Assembly: GCA_046331685.1 (NCBI GenBank)
Contig: JAXLQI010000002.1
Span: 34,630 to 98,629, forward strand
Reading direction: 5' to 3'
From: Candidatus Micrarchaeia archaeon
GTDB lineage: Archaea; Micrarchaeota; Micrarchaeia; Anstonellales; Bilamarchaeaceae
Length of the DNA: 64,000 nt
The translations under genes were made by a program, and so were the position numbers. Shown one piece after another: positions 55,774 to 64,000 of the stretch. Below the pieces are notes generated by a model that saw nothing but the letters and a program-made list of their open reading frames with translations, ran no database searches and was not told where the DNA came from. Numbering within the stretch: the first letter of the stretch is position 1; each line of letters opens with the position of its first letter.

Positions 55774-58446
55774 ATGAGGCTGTTGCTCCTTGCCCTGGTC
55801 CTTCTGACTCTCTTCCCCGCGATCCATGCTGACAGTTCGACCTGCGCGACCTGCTCCGAGCTGATCAATGCATCCACGACCGGCATCTTCGTGGAGGTCC
55901 GCGATGCCGACCCCACGAACCAGTACATCAAGATCACAGGATACTACAACAACGTCACAGCTTCCCCTTCCAGGCAGCCCCTGAAGGACTCTATCATAGT
56001 CATCCAGCTCACGAACTCCACCACCCTCAACGTCCTGCAGAAGACATACACGGACGGCAACGGCTCGGCCAAATTCAAGTACAACAACTGGAACCACACC
56101 TGCCTCAACTTCAAGGTGATGTACTGCCCCTACTGCAATCCCCCGAGCGCGAATTGCACCGGATTCAAGCAGTGCCTGGATTTCGCCCAGATAAGCACCA
56201 ATGCGACGACGGCAGACCAGATAACCGATGCTGCGGATGCCGTCCAGCCCGGGACGCTGAACCCGGACAGATACCTGCCGCAGATAGGGACCGGCTCCTG
56301 GTGCCCGCCTCCGCCTCCACTCAGCGCGACGCCGGCGATCTGCCTCCCGCTCATACTCATATTCTCGCTCCTATCCGGAGCTCTCTACTTGACCGGCAGG
56401 AACCCCTTCGCGGCATTCAATATCGGCGGCCAGAGGGTGGGCCAGCACATAAAATACCAGGCAAGAGGGAGAGGGTTCTCCTTCAGCATAACCCAGGCTA
56501 TCATCGCCGGTTTCAGCGTCGGCCAGGCCGCCGCGACGATCAAGAAGGAAGGCATGAAAGGCTTCGTCAAGAAGGAAGTCGATTCGGTGAAAGCCAGAGG
56601 CTTCTATAACGTCTCAGGAACTATACGAGGCATCAAAGGAGGCCTCAAGGGCCTCTCCGACGCCCGGGCCCATGCCCGGGCTGGCAGGGGCACGGCTTCC
56701 GGAGCGAGAACCAGCGGGGGGCCGACACAGGTTTCGACTGCCCAGGGTGTGCAATCCGCCTCAGCCGGCGGAGGCCAGGTCCGGGGCGCGGACCTGATGG
56801 GTTCGGGAAGGGGCGGATGGGCAATACTAGACAATCCCCTCACGCGCATACTCACATTCGTGATAATGAGCTCCACAATCGGCCGCGCCTTCGATGCCAT
56901 GTATTCTGCCGCGACATTCAACGCAGATGCCGGACGCGGAAGGAGCGTCTTCGAAGCGATATTCGCTGACTCTCCGACAAGGCAGGCTTCAGAAGGCGTA
57001 GCGACAATCCGTGCGATGCGCGGCGCGGACGGCGGCTGGTTGGTCCGTTTCGGCCCTGGCAATGCCGAGACTGCCCAGGTCCTAGGCGAACGGGTGAATT
57101 CCGATGGATCCAGGACATACATCCTCGCAGCCCCTCCGGGGACCGGCCCTGTGAAGGATAACCAGATCCAGGTGACTATAGCCCAGAACGGCACCATCTC
57201 TTCGGTCAGTTTCACCCTGACTTTGCCAAGTCCGACAGCCCAATTCCCCAACGGAGAAGCCAGAGTCGTGATCTCTCCTGGCGCAAGGCCCGGCGATCCG
57301 ATGAATATCCAGGTCGCCGTGCCCAACCCGGATTCCCGGCCAGGTCAGCCACCAACGATCTTGGTTCCATATGAAAACCAGTTCATGCAGACCTTCGGCA
57401 CCGGAGCGACAGCCCACCAGGAACCTATGACCGGGGCCGACATGCTGAGCAAGATCCCGACTTTCCTGTCTCCGGGCAGCGACGGCCGAGACTTCCAGGC
57501 AGGCTATAATGCCACGATGCTGGTGGTATCGGATGCACAGAGGCAGATACAGGAAGCGATGGCTTTCGGCGGGCAATCTATCAGGGATCGCGTGATCTCT
57601 GACATGGCGAGCAGGCCGGAGATGAGGCCTGTGGTCCGAGAAGCACGCTATGATGTGGCCGTGGACGCATTATCGACCGTGCTCGGCATCGATCCGGCGT
57701 CGCTGCGTGCAGGCGGCACAGACCACCCGGAGCTCACGAGGGGCCTTTCGCCCGGCAGCAGCGAGGCCGGCGAAGTCGGAAGATACGAAGTAGCGGTGAC
57801 GAAATTCTCGAGCGCTGATTCGGCGGGCACTCTGTCATTCTTTGATGACCGGAGCGGCACCACGAGGACCATGACCTATTCGCAGATAGGGACGGCTGGA
57901 GGAGTGACTTATATGGCCGAAAGAGGGAATCCACCACTCTCAGATGCCGCACGTCCATTCGCGACAGAGGTTCTCCCCTCCGTCATCGGTCATATGGGCG
58001 GGGCCGAGCTCGCCGGCATGACGCCGGAAAGGCTTCAGGCAGCGATCGCAAGCGATCTGCCGCGTCTCAACGCAGAACGGGCGACACATGGGCTACCCCC
58101 GATAGCGATCGCAGGATCAGGCACTCCGCCCACCGGTGCTATAGTTATATCCGCGGGAACGATGACCGAAATGACACGCGTCTTCGCTCCCCAGATCTCG
58201 CAGGCCACTACTGAATTCCGCTCCAATATGGCCAGCAGCGGACTGCCTTCCGGGTTCATCGACCGCGTGATGACCTCGGACACTTCCACCCTGGGCACAC
58301 TGAGCGCAGCAGGGCGGATGATGTCCGATGACCACACGGCCGATCTCCTCTCATCCAGACCTACCCTGATTTCGGATTACCGGATCCCAGAGTCAGTATC
58401 CCAGAACCTGCGAGAGTTCGCTCTCATGCAAAGGGCTTCCGGATGA
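55774..58446 (+). CDS. Large membrane-anchored protein, Cys-rich exported N-terminus and long tail; possibly frameshift-truncated
   Basis: MRLLLLALVLL signal after TTTATAAA box; TM followed by GRNPFAAFNI; divergent from the operon. Confidence 0.8.
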   Translation: MRLLLLALVLLTLFPAIHADSSTCATCSELINASTTGIFVEVRDADPTNQYIKITGYYNNVTASPSRQPLKDSIIVIQLTNSTTLNVLQKTYTDGNGSAKFKYNNWNHTCLNFKVMYCPYCNPPSANCTGFKQCLDFAQISTNATTADQITDAADAVQPGTLNPDRYLPQIGTGSWCPPPPPLSATPAICLPLILIFSLLSGALYLTGRNPFAAFNIGGQRVGQHIKYQARGRGFSFSITQAIIAGFSVGQAAATIKKEGMKGFVKKEVDSVKARGFYNVSGTIRGIKGGLKGLSDARAHARAGRGTASGARTSGGPTQVSTAQGVQSASAGGGQVRGADLMGSGRGGWAILDNPLTRILTFVIMSSTIGRAFDAMYSAATFNADAGRGRSVFEAIFADSPTRQASEGVATIRAMRGADGGWLVRFGPGNAETAQVLGERVNSDGSRTYILAAPPGTGPVKDNQIQVTIAQNGTISSVSFTLTLPSPTAQFPNGEARVVISPGARPGDPMNIQVAVPNPDSRPGQPPTILVPYENQFMQTFGTGATAHQEPMTGADMLSKIPTFLSPGSDGRDFQAGYNATMLVVSDAQRQIQEAMAFGGQSIRDRVISDMASRPEMRPVVREARYDVAVDALSTVLGIDPASLRAGGTDHPELTRGLSPGSSEAGEVGRYEVAVTKFSSADSAGTLSFFDDRSGTTRTMTYSQIGTAGGVTYMAERGNPPLSDAARPFATEVLPSVIGHMGGAELAGMTPERLQAAIASDLPRLNAERATHGLPPIAIAGSGTPPTGAIVISAGTMTEMTRVFAPQISQATTEFRSNMASSGLPSGFIDRVMTSDTSTLGTLSAAGRMMSDDHTADLLSSRPTLISDYRIPESVSQNLREFALMQRASG

Positions 58447-59356
58447 CAGGTATTGTCCAGAACGTCGCTCCACCCGGTGAAGACCCGATATACCGGCCAT
58501 CCGGAGGCGGGATGCAACCGGATGGAACAACTCTGTATGGCGTATCAGTGACCCGACACCAGTTATTGATCCAGCGCATCCGGAAACCCCGCGTTTCGTC
58601 GATCATTATGCCGAGAGAGGCGGGGGGGCCGTCGAAGCCCTGACCAGGGCGCAAGTTCGATTACCTTCCGGGAGGATGGTCACCGAAACGGCACGGACGT
58701 GCCTGGGGCGTTCTCGGGTTCGACATTCGCAGTCATCAGCTGGCCATCCTGCCCCCGGCGCCCCTGGAAGAATCATACTGAATACAGGCTGGCCAATCGC
58801 GGGCTGGACTCAAGAATCATCGAGGATCGACTCGGTTTCGTTCACACCCTCCTGAGCATGGCCTTGCCCTTCTGAAATCCCTGGCTATATCGCCCGAGCC
58901 GAGGCTGGCGATGAGATAGGCAAGGCGCAACAGCATAGGCCTCTCTAATCGAAAACCGGGATTACAGCACGGCGCGGGCAGAGACCGGCCGCGCGATCTC
59001 AGAATACACGACTGCTGCCGATGCCGCCCATGCTCGCGGCGATGAGGCTAGCGGAATCGCTCAGGAACACGGCGCAGGGCCTATGGGCGCCTGTTCTCTT
59101 ACATCGATCAAAGCCCCAGGTCTGCCCGGATCTTGATGCGATGCTCCTGCACCGGGACGGTGCCATGACACCCACGGATATCGGAACCGCGTATTCCGGC
59201 ACCGCCGGCGTGATCAGGGACCGCGCTGCCAGCGACATGATAAGGGTGAAGGAGCACATAGAAGAGAGGCTGCCCCCGAGGCCTCCCCGCGCAGAACCAC
59301 TCTACCGTGAAGGGGCGGATACAAGCTCATCGCCGCTCACCCCCAGGGTGGAATAG
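58443..59356 (+). pseudogene. Probable frameshifted 3' continuation of the 55774 gene
   Basis: Protein-like fragments in shifting frames (MTGIVQNVAPPGEDP..., ...GTAYSGTAGVIRDR...) ending 8 nt before the padR-like gene. Confidence 0.45.
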
Positions 59357-59364
59357 CTGATCGG

Positions 59365-59679
59365 ATGGACAAAGCACCACGGCCGATCAAACGCCTGACG
59401 ACCCTCCTCACCTCGGGCAACCTCTGGCTCTACATCCTCTCGCTCATCAGCAAGGAAGGGGAGCTCTACGCATATGCCCTGGACGAGCGGATCGAGAAGG
59501 ATTTCTCGTTCCGGCCCAACAAGATCATGGTCTACATAGTCCTCTACAAGCTCGAGGGCGAAGGGCTCATCGCCTCGAAGTTCGTAGAGCGCAGGAAATA
59601 CTACAAGCTCACCGACGAAGGGCGGAAGACCCTCCAGAGGGCGCGCGAGTATTTCAAAACCCTGTCTGAGAGGCTTTGA
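59365..59679 (+). CDS. PadR family transcriptional regulator
   Basis: YILSL, YAY, VY.VLYKLE.EGLI, RKYYKLTDEG. Confidence 0.93.
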   Translation: MDKAPRPIKRLTTLLTSGNLWLYILSLISKEGELYAYALDERIEKDFSFRPNKIMVYIVLYKLEGEGLIASKFVERRKYYKLTDEGRKTLQRAREYFKTLSERL

Positions 59680-59680
59680 C

Positions 59681-60214
59681 ATGAGGGTGATCATCACAGG
59701 CTCCCCTGGGAGCGGGAAGTCCACAGCCTCGGAACTGCTCGCGCGCAGGATGGGGCTCAGCCTGATCCGCATCAAGGACGTCGCCGAGGCCGAGGGGCTG
59801 GTAGGAAAAGGCGGCGAGGTCGATATCGGCAGGCTCGCCAGAAGCCTCTCCTTCCTCAGGGGCCGGGACGGGTATGTCGTCGAAGGCCATCTTGCCTGCG
59901 AGATGCGGCTTCCGGCGGATTTCCTGTTCATACTCAGATGCCGTCCTGACGAACTGCGGCGGAGGCTCAAGAGGAGGAGATACTCCAAGAGAAAGACAGA
60001 GGAGAACATCATGGCCGAGATGCTGGATTACTGCCTCCAGCGTGCCGAAGCCACCTATGCGATCAAGCCCCTCCAGATAGAGACGGCGGGGAGGAGCGCA
60101 ATCCAGACCGCCGCTGAAATGGAAAAAGCTATAAAACGGAATAAGAAGAAGATAGATGAGCCGGATTATTCAAAATCACTCGCCAGATATCTCGCTGAAG
60201 GTATGTCATCATGA
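59681..60214 (+). CDS. Adenylate kinase 6/Fap7-like NTPase
   Basis: ITGSPGSGKST, VVEGHL, RL..R.YS..K..EN..AE. Confidence 0.9.
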   Translation: MRVIITGSPGSGKSTASELLARRMGLSLIRIKDVAEAEGLVGKGGEVDIGRLARSLSFLRGRDGYVVEGHLACEMRLPADFLFILRCRPDELRRRLKRRRYSKRKTEENIMAEMLDYCLQRAEATYAIKPLQIETAGRSAIQTAAEMEKAIKRNKKKIDEPDYSKSLARYLAEGMSS

Positions 60215-60708
60215 AGGAAGAGAAGAAGCTCATCGAAGCGGCCCTTTTCATCAGCTCGCGCGCCATGTCGCTCGAGGAATTCCGCACGCTCACGGGCATC
60301 GGCGCCCTCGGCTACATCCAGGGGGTCCTCAGCGAGCTGATGAAGGAATACGAGGACCGCGGGAGCGCAATAGAGATCATCGACCTGGACGGGAAATATG
60401 TCATGCGGGTGCGCAACGAGCACCTCGCCCGCGTGAAGCAGTTCGCCCAGGATACGGAGATCAGCAAGAGCGCCCTGCGCACGCTCGCTTACATATCGAA
60501 GAACGATGGCATCCTCAAGTCCAACCTGATAAAGAGGGTGGGCACTCATGCATATGCGGATGTGAAGGAGCTCGTGGAAGCCGGTTTCGTCAGGGCGCAG
60601 AAGGCCGGGAGGACCTCCAAGCTGGCGCTCACCGAGAAATTCAGGAAATATTTCGTCCAGCAGCCGCCGGCGGCCGACAACTCCCAAACCACATTGCAGC
60701 CTCAATGA
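60211..60708 (+). CDS. scpB: SMC-Scp complex subunit ScpB
   Basis: IEAALFIS, SALRTLAYI, GRT..LALTEKFRKYF. Confidence 0.93.
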   Translation: MKEEKKLIEAALFISSRAMSLEEFRTLTGIGALGYIQGVLSELMKEYEDRGSAIEIIDLDGKYVMRVRNEHLARVKQFAQDTEISKSALRTLAYISKNDGILKSNLIKRVGTHAYADVKELVEAGFVRAQKAGRTSKLALTEKFRKYFVQQPPAADNSQTTLQPQ

Positions 60709-60712
60709 TTTT

Positions 60713-60870
60713 GCTGACGTCGCATAACCTGGTAGTGCGCCGGTCTTGAATCCCGCCTTTTAGTAAAAGGCGGGCCCAAAACTGGGTTGTTTGCGAACCC
60801 CATCGGGGTTTGCCAACTAACAAAAAAACCGGTCCCTTCGGGATCGCAGGTTCAAATCCTGCCGTCAGCG
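60713..60870 (+). tRNA. tRNA-Ser(TGA) with ~76-nt intron (60751-60826)
   Basis: GCTGACG/CGTCAGC acceptor, G73, CCGGT-CT-TGA-A..A-ACCGG, variable arm TCCC-TTC-GGGA, TTCAAAT; relaxed BHB. Confidence 0.88.
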
Positions 60871-60944
60871 TTTTCTTTATTCATATGCTCGCCAGCGGCT
60901 CGCATTATCAGCGATCGTCCCTAGATAGCAGAACAGATGACAAT

Positions 60945-62105
60945 CTACCTGCAGGCGTTCCTGAGCGAATAATACGCCCGGAGCTTATCCGCCCCGAGAT
61001 CGATCGAGGGGCTCAGGTATGGGATCCTGCATTCGCGGATGAACGTGATGATATCCGTGTAGCCATAGCAATACGCCGGCGGCTCCTGCCGCGGCTGCCC
61101 TTCCTTGCACCTTATCGGGTCCGAGAGCCCTCCATCGCTCTGGCAATATGCATCGCCTACCATCCTGCTCTCGGAGAAGCTCTGGACGAAACACTCTCCG
61201 TTAGCGAGCGAACCCTGGCAGGACGGCCGCGCGGTATTGAAATCCCTTGACCGGGCAGAACTGTTCCACATGCCGGAATACATGTTCCCGCTGATGTAGA
61301 CCGAGAACGCCCTGTCTTTCGAGAGCTCTCCCGGATCCCAGCCGAGAAGCTTCCTGTGGGACTGGATGAATGCTCGGCTGAGCCCCTCCAGCCTTTTCAT
61401 GACCGATGTCCCTAGGCAGATGGATTCCGACGCGATGAACGGGTTGAAGCTGTGGCTGCATGCGCTCGCTTCGTTGAGGTCGAGCTGGTAGAATCCGGAT
61501 CTCTTGTATATGTGGTTATACGGGCCCGGCGTGCCGCTCGAATCCTCCCAATACGTGTAAGGCGGATGCGGGGTCTGCATGAGCCCAAGCCCGACCCATC
61601 TCCAGGCCGGATCAGGGGATGGCGGGGGATTGCGCATGACGCAGCTTCCCCGCGGATCATGCATCTCGTCGAAGCCGGCCGAGTACCCCTGGCTGTTGCC
61701 GGAGCCGTCGGCCGGGAGGCATCCTGATGCCGAATTGGCCTTTATCGTGCTCATAGAGCAGGCCTTGCCCGCGGCGCATGGATCGAAGCCGCTCTCGCTC
61801 AGGATGAATGCACGCACGAGCAATGGATCCATCCTCCTGGCCTTGGACCACATCTCGACCTCTGGGAATGAGCGGCACGCGGTTTTCGGCACATCCACAA
61901 GGGGAAGCCCGAGATCGAACGGCGGCTGCTCCTTCTCATGCTCTTCCCGGCTCTCCACCATGACCGGAGGGAGCGCCGGCAGGCTCTGCGGCTGCTTCGA
62001 GCAGCTCAATAACACGACGGCAGCGCATGCTGCCGCTTTCAGACGCCTCCTCATACTGCCTTCCTGCGTGTTCATGCCCTCAACCTTGATATTAGTTGTT
62101 GTCAT
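60945..62105 (-). CDS. Lytic transglycosylase (SLT/lysozyme-like) lipoprotein, Cys-rich
   Basis: VVLLSC lipobox-like; DPLLVRAFILSESGFDP, GLGLMQ, FNP motifs. Confidence 0.8.
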   Translation of the reverse strand: MTTTNIKVEGMNTQEGSMRRRLKAAACAAVVLLSCSKQPQSLPALPPVMVESREEHEKEQPPFDLGLPLVDVPKTACRSFPEVEMWSKARRMDPLLVRAFILSESGFDPCAAGKACSMSTIKANSASGCLPADGSGNSQGYSAGFDEMHDPRGSCVMRNPPPSPDPAWRWVGLGLMQTPHPPYTYWEDSSGTPGPYNHIYKRSGFYQLDLNEASACSHSFNPFIASESICLGTSVMKRLEGLSRAFIQSHRKLLGWDPGELSKDRAFSVYISGNMYSGMWNSSARSRDFNTARPSCQGSLANGECFVQSFSESRMVGDAYCQSDGGLSDPIRCKEGQPRQEPPAYCYGYTDIITFIRECRIPYLSPSIDLGADKLRAYYSLRNACR

Positions 62106-62244
62106 TTATGTGGTCTTGTATTTAAAAGGCCTATCTCCGTCCTGCCTGATGGGCAGGTAGATACATGAAAGGCCACCGAATGGACGATTTATTAACACAA
62201 CTGCGCATATATCTAGATACATCTTCTACTAGTGGAGGGCTCAT

Positions 62245-62430
62245 ATGAGGATCAAATGCGACAAATGTTCGGTCAGCTGCACGGCTTCGGCAGAACGGCT
62301 CGAGGAGCTCGGCTGGAGCAGGCTCACGATCACTTCACCGTCGAAAAAGACGTTCACGAGATGCCCGATGCACCGCGCCGGCATGACCGAAGAGATCGGG
62401 AAGGCCCAGGGTCTCCGTATCGGCGGCTGA
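62245..62430 (+). CDS. Small zinc-binding protein
   Basis: CDKC...GW...CPMH; GGAGG RBS. Confidence 0.6.
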   Translation: MRIKCDKCSVSCTASAERLEELGWSRLTITSPSKKTFTRCPMHRAGMTEEIGKAQGLRIGG

Positions 62431-62728
62431 TTTTTTTACTGCGCAAGCCCATCCGGGCTGCGTGAGCTGCACGCCATAACCCCAACGAATCGGCGAGCGG
62501 CAATTTGTGCGGGTCCGAAGGACCCACAAACTGGCAATTATCCGCAGAATCCGTAACCGTTCATTCGTCTTGGGGGATGAATGAGCAAGCTGGCGGAGAC
62601 CGCATAAGACAGCGCTTGGCCCAAAAAAGGCCCAACAAACGATTCACCCCCGGATTTTATATCCTTTGCCGGGCCAAAGCGGATGGTTTTTATACATTGG
62701 CTTTGGCAATATCTGTTACGGTGTCTAT

Positions 62729-63124
62729 ATGGGAGAAAACAGAATCGTGACCGAACTTTTCCTGGAAAAGCCAAGCTTCAAAGAGGTATCCAGGGTGGCC
62801 AAGGCCTTAGCCGACGATGGGATCAAGACCATCATGATGCCGCCTGAGGACCGTGAGATAAACACCCATCTCGTCGTCGAGAACGCCGACCTGGAGAAGG
62901 TGCGGAAGAAGCTCAAGGCGATGAAGGTCAAGACTATGGAGAAGGAGGTCATAATCATCAGGCTCGAGAACAAGCCTGGCACCATGGCCGCTGCTTCTAA
63001 GAAGATCTCCGACGGAGGGATCAACCTTCTCTACGCGTTCTCCGTGACGATGACCCCGACGATGTCCTATGTCCTGCTCGGGACCGCCGACAACAAGGCG
63101 GCCCTCAAAGCGCTCGAGACCTAG
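62729..63124 (+). CDS. ACT domain protein
   Basis: LENKPGTMA...DGGINLLYAF. Confidence 0.85.
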   Translation: MGENRIVTELFLEKPSFKEVSRVAKALADDGIKTIMMPPEDREINTHLVVENADLEKVRKKLKAMKVKTMEKEVIIIRLENKPGTMAAASKKISDGGINLLYAFSVTMTPTMSYVLLGTADNKAALKALET

Positions 63125-64000
63125 GCTTCCCTCCTATCTATTATATCCGTGGCGTCCGGCCCTGTCCCGATGAGTGTGACCGGCACGCCGATCCTCTTCT
63201 CGGCATCCTCTATGAACGCCCTCGCCTCCATGCTCAGCTTCGGGTAGTCCCTGACCTTTTCGTTCCCGGGGAATCTCACGTCGATCTTCGTGATCGCGAT
63301 CTGCGTCGCGCCGTTTATCATCGCGGCGTTCCTCAGGTCCTCGAAGTGCAGATCCAGCGAGGTCCTCCGCGGCCTGCCGCTCACGGTCCCGTATTCCTGC
63401 ATCCCTTTCCCTTTGGCATCCTCTATGCTGATCTCACCAGGCAGCGGACCGCTCCCCACCCTGGTCGTGTATGCTTTGATCACCATTATCACCTGGTCTA
63501 TCCTTGTCGGGCCGAGGCCGACATCGGCCGCGATCGTGGATGCGGATACGTCCTTCGAGGTCACATACGGATAGGTGCCATAGACGTTTGAGAGCATGAA
63601 TGCCTGCGTCCCTTCGATCAGGACGGAATCGCTCATGTTGACCTCCTTTGCGACATCAGTGAGGTATCTCTTGAGCTCCGGGGCATCGGATACCGTCTTG
63701 CCGATCCGGTTAACCCGGTCCGACACGGCCGGGCCGCATCCGGTCTTGGTCGTCCCGATCCTCCTGGAGTTCTCCGAAGCGCTGTCGCGCTCGATATGCT
63801 CTTTCGTTATCAGCCCTGCACGGAAGTCGATCCCGAACCTCTCATGGCCGCCTATCAGGTCCAGCTCCCTGAGGAGGACATCCGGATCCACGAAGACGCC
63901 TGCGCCTATGAGGAGCCGCGCTTTCTCGTAGACGAAGCCGCAGGGCACCATCCGGAGGGGATATGTTTTGCCCTTGTACTGGACCGAATGGCCTGCATTG
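63121..64000 (-). CDS. purA: Adenylosuccinate synthetase (5' part outside the window)
   Basis: IGTT..GCGPA, EGTQ, GTYPYVTS, KAYTTRVG.GP, EYGTVSGRPRR. Confidence 0.96.
   Translation of the reverse strand, partial: NAGHSVQYKGKTYPLRMVPCGFVYEKARLLIGAGVFVDPDVLLRELDLIGGHERFGIDFRAGLITKEHIERDSASENSRRIGTTKTGCGPAVSDRVNRIGKTVSDAPELKRYLTDVAKEVNMSDSVLIEGTQAFMLSNVYGTYPYVTSKDVSASTIAADVGLGPTRIDQVIMVIKAYTTRVGSGPLPGEISIEDAKGKGMQEYGTVSGRPRRTSLDLHFEDLRNAAMINGATQIAITKIDVRFPGNEKVRDYPKLSMEARAFIEDAEKRIGVPVTLIGTGPDATDIIDRREA

Noticed and set aside
58444-58446. Selenocysteine or stop-codon readthrough at TGA
   Set aside because: The in-frame continuation hits another stop within ~35 codons and is not protein-like; a frameshift explains it better. 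TGA is a normal stop elsewhere in the window
44401-59356. Diversity-generating retroelement or provirus
   Set aside because: No reverse transcriptase, TR/VR pair, capsid, terminase or att sites; composition is host-like
62641-62652. c-di-AMP (ydaO) riboswitch from GGGGTGAATC on the minus strand
   Set aside because: The other conserved ydaO elements are not present

Overview
GC-rich archaeal DNA, most consistent with a DPANN (Micrarchaeota-like) genome. This is inferred from gene content and organisation: fibrillarin, Cdc48, RPA, Pop5, Elp3, EndA, ScpB, TATA-type promoters and BHB-intron tRNAs. Most of the window is housekeeping genes, plus an SRP RNA and three intron-containing tRNAs (Glu-TTC, Leu-CAA, Ser-TGA). 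Five things stand out. (1) An ~11.6 kb operon has six tandem paralogous CedA/VirB6-like membrane proteins and a 1311-aa Cys-rich surface protein, with a divergent ~890-aa membrane-anchored partner. (2) Two peptidoglycan-type hydrolases are present: an M23 peptidase with a PG-binding-like module and an SLT lytic transglycosylase. (3) A tandem array of small elements is integrated at the tRNA-Leu 3' end, with three att remnants, shared end sequences and a single integrase. (4) A REP/MITE-like palindrome family makes up the long tRNA introns. (5) Several unassigned structured RNAs occur. Frameshifts cluster at ~20-23.5 kb and 58.4-59.1 kb and may be sequencing indels. All family calls come from motif recognition by eye; no searches were run.
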